From Octopus sinensis (lineage: Eukaryota), in NCBI RefSeq assembly GCF_006345805.1, contig NC_043006.1, positions 18,600,001 to 18,664,000 on the forward strand: a DNA stretch of 64,000 bases. The letters run 5' to 3'. The translations under genes and the position numbers were made by a program. Below the pieces are notes generated by a model. That model was not told the DNA's origin. It ran no database searches and worked only from the letters and a program-made list of their open reading frames with translations. Each line of letters starts with the position of its first letter. Within the stretch, counting starts at the first letter, position 1. Of the stretch, positions 53,581 through 64,000 are shown piece after piece.

Positions 53581-54755
53581 CTGGGGTTGAACAATATAAT
53601 TGGAACCCCTGTTAAATTCAATGAATATTCATTTAATATAGAGTTGGTCCTCCTTTAGCTTTCTGAACAACTTCGATGTGTCTGGGAATTGATTCATACA
53701 GCTTCCTGACTTTATTGAGAGGAATATTGAGCCATCCTTTCTGTAAAACCTGCCCCAGCTGTTGCAGACACAACGGTGTAGAGGAATGACTTTTAACTTG
53801 TGCTCCAAGATGCACCACAGATGCTCAGTAATATTAAGATATGGAGATTGAGGTGGGGGGCTACTCTATTTGTTGTAGTTCACTACTATGTTCTTCATAC
53901 CACTTCTTAACGACATGACAGGTGTGTATTGGAACATTGTCATCTTGGAAGCTGCACTCACCATAAAGGAATAACGTCTGGACCATGGGAAGGACTTGAT
54001 CCTACTATGCAGGGTAACGATTGAACCAAGAGAATTCCAAGAAAAGGCTGCCCAAACCGTCACAGTAGGAAGAAGGCAGTCAGGATTAAAAAGCATCCCC
54101 GGGCTGTCTCCACACATAAACTCACCCTGCAGTGGGAAAAAGAGAAAAATTGGGCTTGTGAGAGATTATTATTTGCTTCCATTGGTCTGTTGTCCAGCCC
54201 GTGTGATCTTTACATCAGGTTTTCTGATAATATCTGGATTTCATAATATCTGGATTTATTAAGCTCACGGTAATCAGTTTTGATCGAAACTGGGCTAGTC
54301 GGGTGTTGACTCAGCAGTCACTTTAGGTGCAGTTGTCCAGTGATTTGCATCACAATGCGATTCAACACTTGTCGGACTCTTTCAGTGATCTTCGAAATCT
54401 TGCCAGACTTATTCCTCCTGCTGGAGATTTTGCCCTGCTTCCCAAATTCATTCATGGCCCTTGATATGATAGCTCTCGAAAAAGCAAGGAGTTCAGCTGT
54501 TCTGGAGACGGTAGCTCCTACCATTCGAGCTCCAACAATTTTCCCTTTTTATCACACATCTTAGCTTAATTTATACTACGATCTCAAAAAGAGATAGAAA
54601 TAATCATTAAATTAGATAAATATGGTCATTTATAATAAATTTATAATACAAAAAAAAAAAATACAATGAAATTTGGATGGATATTCGTAATATAATGTCT
54701 CATTGAAATAGTGAAGTTAAATTTCAAGTGTTCCAATTATTTTGTCCAACCCCTG
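53581..54755 (-). mobile_element. Tc1-like (DD34E-type) transposon, decayed
   Basis: TIRs c(a/t)ggggttg.acaa.ataattggaac with TA flanks. HTH fragment (54318-54524), FQDDNVPIH, PPPQSPYLNITEHLW. Confidence 0.9.
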
Positions 54756-55876
54756 TATATAGCAACGTCATTGTGGAGCACTCGAATTAGGAGTAAAATC
54801 GAAGTGGGATATGCGACAAACAAGTTAAGAAACATTCACTTACAGTCTATCGTTACTTCATATCGATATTGTGAGTTAAAAATCAGCGGATTAAATACCT
54901 GTAATTATTATTTTTTTCTTTCTATGTTGTAAGCTCTATTTCCTCTAAGGTTCAGATCATTTTTCTTTTCTGTGGAATTGTTAAATAAAGCAACAATAAA
55001 TTGATGCCACTTTATACAAAACTGCAGTTAGCTTTCTGACATACCGTATGTATTAATATGGATAAAAACTCATTTTGATGCAGATATCGCGAAAATTGAA
55101 TGAATGCGTACTAAAAGCAAATGACTTTGTACAATATCGACGGCCTAATTAGATCCCTCATCTTTAGTCTGTTGAATTCCACTCTCACCCCAACATTGAT
55201 ATATATATATATATATGCTGAAAGACCATGTATTTTTACTTGCACTCTCTTTTCAGGTTACATTCTTTACTCACTTTCTTACGCCTCCTCCTCCACCACA
55301 ACCACCGCTGCCACCACCACCACCGCCACCACTGCTACTACAACTACAATTTTCCTCTATTGTTGAGTACCACGTTAGAGACGAAAACCATACAATTTCA
55401 GCTAGGCCAACTTGTACTTAAAGCCCTTATTATCCTAAATTTCTAACTACCAGTTCTAGAAAGTTCTTAGATTTTGGAATGGGATTCACAGGTATGGGCT
55501 TTCATTTCATATCACCAGCAGTATTTCTTCCGCAAAAGGTGCCAAACGATGTTTTGTAGCATTAAGATCTGGTTCTCAATTTTCTTCAATAGACATACAG
55601 GCACTGTCATATATGCACTTCAATAAAAACTTAGCTTTATCGACACTGAATAAATGCTCTAATATGCAATCACCCACTTAATTCGTGAAGATAATTAGTT
55701 TCTCCCTGTGTATCAACACTAGTAGCTTCACGCAACAGTTTGATGCTGTGCAAAACGAGCTGCCTCACAAAACTTGTCAGAATTTGCACCTATCTCTTTC
55801 TGTCCACCTGAGCACACTAAATATTTCTATTTGTCATTTACTATATTTAAATAGTAAATGTATTTAGAGTTGTCAT

Positions 55877-56153
<277 letters not shown>

Positions 56154-56159
56154 ACCACA

Positions 56160-56340
56160 TGAGGATCGTTGGCGACTTTTTTCCCCCCGTCTTCTTTTTC
56201 TCTTGGACTTTCCTCCATCACCTGTTTCTGACGAAAAGCTTTACTCGAAACGTAAATACTTGCAAGTACTACGTCCTCACGTTGTTTTTTTTTTTGTTGT
56301 TGTGTTTGTTCTTCATTGTTTCTTTTGTGGGGATCTACTG
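56160..56340 (+). mobile_element. Element F, second copy, with hammerhead motif
   Basis: gttt-CTGACGA-aaagctttactc-GAAA-cg-TA-aat at 56224-56257. Collinear with 33470-33650. Confidence 0.7.
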
Positions 56341-56341
56341 T

Positions 56342-56838
56342 AAAACAACTAGTTTTGAATCTCTGAGCGAGAAACATATGGTAACAGACCATGTGTCGGT
56401 AGCCAACTGGAAAAGATGTTTCCCTGGGGTTAAAATGTAGTAGCATCGTTCTCTGTAGGACGGCCATATTGTCTTTGGAACTAGACTTTACTGTTCGGAC
56501 TGTTACTACATATTTCTCGGTCAGAGACTTAAAACTAGTTGTTTCTCTCTTTACGAGATCAAAGATAATGCGTCACTTTAAAAGTATATACTGTGAGCAA
56601 GATCGAGTGGCTGCCATCTCTAGCTGACGTTTCACTTGTACTGATGAAGAGAAATAACCCAGAAACCGGTCTATAGGTATCGCTAGCGCTAGAAAGGGAG
56701 CAATAAACTCCCTTGCTCATAGTATACATACATAGACTATGTGTCGGTAGCCAACTGGGAAAGATGTTTTCCTGGGGTTAAAGAGTAGTAGCATCGTCCT
56801 GTGTAGGGTTGCCATATTGTGTTGGCAAACAGACTTTA
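56342..56838 (+). mobile_element. Retrozyme/pseudo-LTR-like unit: 105-bp direct repeats at 348-bp period enclosing a hammerhead motif
   Basis: Direct repeats 56386-56490 and 56734-56838. 46-bp IR at 56342-56387 and 56500-56545. cttgta-CTGATGA-agagaaataaccca-GAAA-ccgg-TC-tatagg at 56635-56677. Confidence 0.65.
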
Positions 56839-56857
56839 TTACACACACACACACACA

Positions 56858-56893
<36 letters not shown>

Positions 56894-57199
56894 TATATAT
56901 ATTATAATGAATAAGGCTGTTAATCAGTTGTTGGATTATGTAACTTTTACTTAACATAAGCAATTATTAAAGCTTGCCCTAACTAGAAAATTCTTATAAG
57001 TTCAAGGTTCAATTTTTTTTTTATCGAAATGAAGTGTTTAATACACTTTTAATATTGAAGATTTTAACTTCATGATTCAATCGCAAAACAAGCTTCCATT
57101 CGCTGCGGCATACTTATCTTACGCTACAATATAATGCTTTTTAACGTCTTTGTTTATACATCGGCTTAATTAAGGTAGTATGTTCCTGATTGCATCACT

Positions 57200-57880
57200 T
57201 CCAGGACAGAATTGTTCAGTAACTATTGCCCGTAGAGTGTCATCTTGAAAGTCCTCTGTCGCTTGTGTCAGCCAACCATATGTTTCATGCTTTACATCTA
57301 TAAAATGCTACTGGCCAAACTAGGATTTTGGAAGGTTGTTTCTTTTTGTGAGGGAGCAGTTTTTCCATATTGCTTTGAATAATCACAGGGTTGATTTTCT
57401 TGCATTAAGTCTTGTACTGATTCCCTGATCGCAATATGTTGTCTGATCAAAAATGAAGACTAAGTTCTTGAACTTGTAAACCTGGCCTTATGTGATCCTT
57501 GGCTGAACACATTATGGTAGACAATTCTGGTTCCCAAGCAGATTCGGTGATCTTTGTCTTTTTGCGCATTAGTTTCTAGACTTACTTCGACAGCATTATC
57601 TAGGACTCAGTTGGCGAGGAAGCTATCAGAAGGTTGTCATCAGCAAGGCTATTTATTCTCCTTCGTATTATCCAACAGCATCACGAAATACTACACGGAC
57701 ATGACAGCCCATGACTTGAAGGGATAATACACCTTATAGACGCCGCTCTTCAGATGTAGGAACAGGGGAAAACCCATCTGTCTTTCGCTTTTCATCTGGA
57801 GACTTGATAAAGCCCCTCCATGCTCTATGAAAAATGGCACGTCCTCCACCAGCCCGCAGTATCCATCAACAGGAAAACCA
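57200..57880 (-). pseudogene. Decayed RTE-clade LINE reverse transcriptase
   Basis: SLADDNLLIASS, MRKKTK, EISTRL..AIWKN, LVWPVAFYRC (cf. LVWPVATYGCESW). Confidence 0.65.
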
Positions 57881-58649
57881 ACCTAGTTTAATGTTGCAGC
57901 CAGAGGTACACTCTGTTAATAAGCTTTAAGCCTCTGATAACTTGTTTATAGCGCCTTGGTTTAAATATATACATTACCCTGGTTTCTCAAAGTATTTATT
58001 CAAAACGGCAGAGTTTAACAGTTTTAAACTTATCCTAGTACGACCAGTCATGCTAAGCAGAAAAATCTATTTATGATGTCAATAGTTTTCTTTTGATTTA
58101 TTTCTCTGTTTTGAATATAATCAATATAAATTTAGATAAACATGTAATGATATATTTTCACATAGTAATATATGACGAGAGTTTAATTTGTTATATTGTT
58201 TTGGTTCATTAAGTTGAATTGTTCCTGTGTTTATTTATAGATTCTAAAGGTCTTAGTAAACTCGTTTTCGTGATTTAGTTGTCCGTCGTTTTATGGAGGT
58301 CACCGTGGAAGTTGAAACCGTGAAACAGCGGGAGATGCGTTTAAAATAAATCAACAACAAAAAAAACACAAAACAGTTTTTAAGTTGAAATATGAATAAA
58401 TACGATAATTATATAGGTATGTGTTTGCCTTTGTCAATCCTTTTTTTTTTACAAAAGAACTTTTGTTGTTTACGTTGTGTCACTAAATCCTGTGTCTTAA
58501 CGATTCGAAAACAGTCACTTGATGCATTTCATTACAATAATAAAGTGATTCAATCCTCAGATACACTGAATTCGCAAACTGATTTTTTTCTTTTTCCTTC
58601 CCACCACATTGGTTCTGAAAATATTCCTTGATCATTTTCTAACAGGATG

Positions 58650-59010
58650 GGATTGTTTTGTCAGTATTAAATATGTTTGCTTCCCAACCACAAGGTTCCA
58701 AGTTCAGTTACATTGCGTGGTTCTTTGGTCAGGTGTATCTTCTGCTATAGCCTCGAGTCGACCAAACCCTCGTGAGTGGATTTGGTAAATGGAAACTAAA
58801 ATAATAGCTTCCTATGTGAATGTGTGTGTGTGTCTTTGTGTCCGTGTTTGTCTCCCACCACAGCTTAGACAACCGGTGTTGGTGTGTTTACGTCCCCATA
58901 ACTTAGCGGTTCATCAAAAGAAACGGATAGAGTAAGTACTAAGTTCCTGAAGGCGGTGCCCCAGGATGGCCACAGTCTACTAACTGTAAAACAAGTAAGA
59001 GATAAAAGAG
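58650..59010 (+). mobile_element. SINE-A, old degenerate copy
   Basis: cttctgctatagcc, gtgagtggatttggta, ggtgtgtttacgtcccc.taacttagcggttc. Confidence 0.8.
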
Positions 59011-59449
59011 AAGACTTTGGAACTTCCTATTATTTTTGCCAATTATGGCGCAAATTCTCTTATCATTTATTCCACTAAGTTATGCAATTTAATATTCTGG
59101 AAAAAGCATTGTGAAATTTTAAACCATCTTTTACTGCGCAGCTTTTTATCGTAAAGGAAAATTATCTATATCAAATCCTTTTGCGGTTTTGTCTTCGATG
59201 CAATAATTGTATGCATCAAAATCAGTATAATCGCAGTCTTTTAAAGGGCCTATGATTATTCCGGCTCTGATTTTTACTTCGTTTCATTTAAATGTTCAAA
59301 CATTTGCTCCGTTTATATTAAACTATTGTTGAGAAGTCTTGAGAGCCACTGCGTAGGACTACATTAGGGCATTTACTATTATTATTATTATTATTATTGA
59401 TATGATTATTATGAATGTTGTTATTACTGTTGTTATTATCATTATTATT

Positions 59450-59590
59450 AAGGTGATGCGCTGAAAGAACCATTGGCATGCCGGATAAAAAGCTTAGTGG
59501 CATTTCCTTCGTGTTTACGCCCAGAGTTCAAATTCCACCGAGATCGATTTTGCCATTCGTCGCTTCGGCGTCAATGTAATAAACTGTTAG
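59450..59590 (+). mobile_element. SINE-B, degenerate
   Basis: agagttcaaattcc.ccgag.tcga. Confidence 0.7.
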
Positions 59591-59626
59591 ACTAGTCAAA
59601 TTTTGAAATAATGATAATTATTATGA

Positions 59627-60169
59627 TTGAGAGACTGAGCAGTGCATGCCATCAGTGACACTGGGGTAAAATATGAAGCCCAGCATACCCATCGTGACTA
59701 CCATGTACACCAGGTACATGCATCACAACTATATATGTACGACATGGTGATCTCATATCAAGATAAAGAGCGCATGACCTTGCACGTGGGGCCCAGTTAG
59801 AATTTTCTTCACGTCGAGTAACCTATCCCAATCAAAAGGTCCCTGAATTAGAGTTGTCTAAGGATGCTGAACGAAACACTCATGTTTCTAATGGGGAATT
59901 ATCCAAACCCCAAAGAATTCCTTTCAACACATAGCTATAATGCTCTCCCAGTACTTCTGCCGTGATCAGAGATGCACTTAACGTCAGCTACTAAGGGACA
60001 TGCTCAAGTGCTTAAGGTCAAACAATTGACAAGCAAATCTGTGGTATTGACCAGAATATTTACAGTAGACCATCTTTTATACCAAGATAAATAAAATGTA
60101 CATGATAACACTTCCAATCAGTTAAGATCAGAAGCCATGAGAGCCATTGCCTGGTACTGTATCAGGGCA

Positions 60170-60171
<2 letters not shown>
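59627..60171 (-). mobile_element. Element E, full length
   Basis: Collinear with 14021-14578. (TTA)n upstream of its 5' end. Confidence 0.9.
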
Positions 60172-60230
<59 letters not shown>

Positions 60231-60246
60231 TATTATTATTATTATT

Positions 60247-60459
60247 AAAGTGGCGAGCTAGCAGAATCGTAAGCACGCCGGACGATATGCTTAGCAGCAT
60301 TTCGTAAGCCGCTACGTTCGGTGTTCAAATTCCGCTAAGGTTTACCTGGCCTTCATCCTTTCAGGTTCGATAAATTAAGTGCCAATGGAACTCTAGGGTC
60401 GATGTAATCAATTAGTTCCCTCCTCTACAATTTCAGGCCTTTTGTCTATAGTAGAAACG

Positions 60460-60460
<1 letters not shown>
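60247..60460 (+). mobile_element. SINE-B, degenerate full length
   Basis: aagtggcgagctagcagaatcg...aggccttt.tctatagtagaaa. Confidence 0.8.
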
Positions 60461-60497
<37 letters not shown>

Positions 60498-60511
60498 TGT
60501 TATTATTATTA

Positions 60512-60681
60512 TTGAGTGAGAGAGCAGTGCATACCATCAAAGTGACACTGAGGTAAAATATACGAAGCCCAGTATACCCATCATGACTACCCGTCTGATA
60601 AGGGTACACTAGGCACATTCATCACAACCATATGTGCGCAACATGGTGATCTCATATCAGGATAAAAAGCACATGACCTTA
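60512..60681 (-). mobile_element. Element E, 5'-truncated
   Basis: Matches 14021-14190. Confidence 0.9.
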
Positions 60682-61087
60682 CTGCGCTAGTACTCCACCT
60701 TAAATTTTCTGTCATTTCTTTCCTCATCAATTTATCTATTCCCTATATCTCCAAGTACTTATAGCTCGTCTCTTCTATCTGCTTCATAACCTTCCCCGAC
60801 GGTATCGCTATCACGTCAATACATTTGATTTTACCTCTCTTCAAGACTAACACACCATACTTTTTCAGTCCGAACTCCATTTTGATATACACCGTATCAA
60901 CGAGGGAACTGATTTGGCATTCGTCTTTACCATAAAGTTTGAGGTCAACCATGAATAACAAATGGTTGACTTTTTGTTGGCGGCTCTTGAATACATACTC
61001 AACCTTTGCTTTCCCCAGAATCAGTGTTAGTAGTATCATGCGCACTACAAAGATTAGTGGGGACAGCCAGTCCCCTTGGAAGATGCT

Positions 61088-61144
<57 letters not shown>

Positions 61145-62700
61145 AACTACTACTACTACTTCTACTACTATTATTATTATTATTAGTATTAGTATTATTA
61201 TTATTATTATTGTCGTTATCATTAAGACTATTTCACGCTATATTGATTAAGGGGGATGCTGTCTTGTAATTTGTCGACAACAGCAATCTTCAAATCTCAA
61301 GAATATTTCGTGGAATGCTTACAGAATACAAGATTGCAATTATTTGTCATCCTACCCTTCCTCATTAACTCTCTAGTTAGGTTCAGATATTACTTAATTC
61401 TCTCAATTTCTTAAATTCTATGATCTTATGCTGCTTTTTAAAATTATTTTCTACACTCATATATTGTCTTTTTGTTTCTATAGTTTGGTCACTTTTATGG
61501 AGGAACCCTATAAAATCCTGTAATCATTCTATATCCCAACTTCTAGCTCGTTTTCACACCGCTTTTCTACTATTTTGAATCCATACCCTCGGCTCGTTTG
61601 AATATACAATCATGTATGTGCTTAAACACTGTGCTAGCTTACTGAGTTCACTTGAGAGATAGCTAATATTACCGTCTTCCTTACTGGGGAAGCACTCCGT
61701 CGGTTACGACGATGAGGGTTCCGGTTGATCCGATCAACAGAACAGCCTGCTCGTGAAATTAACGTGTAAGTGGCTGAGCACTCCACAGACACGTGTACCC
61801 TTAACGTAGTTCTCGGGGACATTCAGCGTGACACAGAGAGTGACAAGGCCGGCCCCTTGAAATACAGGTATAACAGAAACAGGAAGTAAGAGTGAGAGAA
61901 AGTTGTGGTGAAAGAGTACAGCAGGGATCACCACCATCCCCTGCCGGGGCCTCGTGGAGCTTTAGGTGTTTTCGCTCAATAAACACTCACAACGCCCGGT
62001 CTGGGAATCGAAACCGCGATCCTACGACCGCGAGTCCGCTGCCCTAACCACTGGGCCATTGCGCCTCCACTTCCTTACTACAGATTCTGCGTTTGCTCTC
62101 TGACAGTTTTTTTCCCGTTAATCAAGTTCGTCTCTGAGCGACTATAATTAGCATTTCTGTTTTTCGCTTCACTTTTCTGTCTGTCAACTAAATCAGCATC
62201 TTCCATTTGTTGCATGAATTGGTCATGTACTTCCTTCTCTTTTTAAGCTACTTGTTTTATTCTTCCTTCGATTCTTGAGTTTTCCTACTCTTTCTGTAGA
62301 TCTTTGGACATTTCTCGTGGCCGACAGCATTTTTCATTCGCTACGTAGAGCAACATAATTTCTCAGACCAAATATTATAGTACTAGCCGTGTCTTCTGAG
62401 TTTAGCAATCATCTATTTCCTTACTTTCTCGGCAGGTAGAGCTTGTTGCGTTTGCTTTTAGTTCTCTAGATCTAGCTTTGTTTATTTTAGAAATATCAAT
62501 ACAGGCATGGTCCATATATTCCTTGCTTTAATAATACTCCCTTTATTTACTTTTGTTTCGAGCACTTTTCTCTGTATCCTCTGATATAAAATATATAGAA
62601 TATTAATGGCTGGAATTCTTAACTAATTGTCGGTGTTGTTTGAAAGGAAGCTTTCTCATTCATTATGTAGATAATCAGAAGTTGCAGCAAATAGTGAGTA
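60682..62700 (-). pseudogene. Decayed R4/Dong-like LINE including the RT core, split by a (TAG/TAA) array and a SINE; upstream limit uncertain
   Basis: ORF 60743-61222: IFQGDWLSPLIF, NHLLFMVDLKLY, MEFGLKK, YKYL. Weak IAVVD..DSIP motif near 61260. Confidence 0.75.
61686..62069 (-). mobile_element. SINE-D2 (different tRNA head, SINE-D tail) with 10-bp TSD
   Basis: TSD CTTCCTTACT at 61676-61685 and 62070-62079. A-box TGGCCCAGTGG and B-box-like GTTTCGATTCCC. Confidence 0.92.
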
Positions 62701-63721
62701 AAATTATAAAACTCTGAAATGGGTTTGTTAAGATTTTAATGAAACTTTTCGGAATTTAGAACTTTTTTATTTACACCTAGAAAATGCAATATTCTAAAAT
62801 CACTTTCAGCCAGCATGGTTAGAAAATTAATTGTTATAATTGGCATCTAGATATAAATAGTTGTGATTAGTTACATCGAAAATCACTATAACTGGCAATA
62901 TTAATTGGTTGGTATTCTTGTTGTTTTTGTAATATTTGTTTCTGTAAAAAACAGTTTACTTAAGCGTATTGTGTTCTTGAAAAACTAGTCACGATTTCAT
63001 TCAGAAGCAATGATGCAATATAAGATACTGAAAATGGATTATCATTTTCTTCTTCATACCAGTCTTCTTAATTATCCTGTCTCCCTACTGTTTATATAAG
63101 ATAGCAGCTCCTCCACTATCGCCCGTCCCAATACCGCAAATTATCCTGTACCATTACGAAGTGTCTTCCTCAAATACATGCTGACAATGATTCACAACCG
63201 ACTATTTATTTGCTTGACAGGCAAATCCACTAATGAATCAACACTCTCTACATATGTCTATTAAAATTATTTTGATTGATGAAGCGGAATGGTGTCCGCA
63301 ACCTTTCTGGTAACAATGAAATTATTGGTGTTTACTTAGAACGGTATAAAAAAATATAAGAGCAGAGTTGAGATTAGTGAAGTAAAGATTGTTCTCAGAT
63401 TTAGTAATGAGAAACAGAGAATGAGACACGACAGTCTACGTAGTCTAATACGTGTGTATATGCAGGTATGGCATAACTATGAGGAAGTGGATATAGATAT
63501 AGCTAAGCTATATTGCTATAGATATATTAGATATGCTGTAATAAATATGTTTGCTATAGATATGGCATAGATATGTTACTTTAGATATGGTATATATGTG
63601 TGGTTACCTTAAATATGTTATAGATATATGTTTGCTGTGGATATAGTATACATACATTTCTATAGATATGGCATAGATACGTAGTTAATATTTTAGCCAT
63701 ACTTATATTTGGTTGCGATGT

Positions 63722-64000
63722 ATAGGCGCAGGAGTGACTGTGTGGTAAGTAGCTTGCTAACCAACCACATGGTTCCGGGTTCAGTCCCACTGCGTGGCAT
63801 CTTGGGCAAGTGTCTTCTGCTATAGCCCCGGGCCGACCAATGCCTTGTGAGTGGATTTGGTAGACGGAAACTGAAAGAAGCCTGTCGTATATATGTATAT
63901 ATATATATATATATGTGTGTGTTTGTGTGTGTTTGTGTGCGTGTGTTTGTCCCCCTAGCATGCTGGTGTGTTTACGTTCCCGTCACTTAGCGGTTCGGCA
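63722..64000 (+). mobile_element. SINE-A, cut by the window end, with a short internal deletion
   Basis: Near-identical to 43113-43400. Confidence 0.92.

Noticed and set aside
63480-63720. Degenerate tatagatatggcatagata repeats
   Set aside because: Low-complexity AT-rich drift; not CRISPR-like (no constant repeat with unique spacers).

Overview
This is AT-rich, microsatellite-dense eukaryotic DNA. The SINE and microsatellite landscape suggests an octopus/coleoid cephalopod genome (inference from memory, not verified). I found no supportable host-gene exon, RNA gene or CRISPR array, so the window reads as intergenic DNA or one very large intron. Most listed ORFs are microsatellite artefacts or transposon debris. 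Class II elements: a near full-length mariner with perfect 37-bp TIRs, a Tc1, a maT/DD37D-like element, several MITEs, two decayed hAT transposases and a Helentron-type non-autonomous element. Retroelements: many R4/Dong-like RLE LINE fragments beside (TAA)n arrays; decayed Tx1/L1, RTE, Gypsy and Penelope GIY-YIG remnants; and several modular tRNA-derived SINE families, some with clear 10-17 bp TSDs. The most interesting signal is a set of five minimal type I hammerhead-ribozyme motifs in at least three non-coding element families. One sits in the loop of a ~390-bp foldback and one lies inside a 348-bp retrozyme-like repeat unit. A ~555-bp ORF-less element with a fixed 5' end that sits in (AAT)n arrays is also notable. 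All protein-family calls come from manual translation and remembered motifs, with no database search. Boundaries of decayed elements are approximate. SINE-A to D2 and elements E and F are my working labels.
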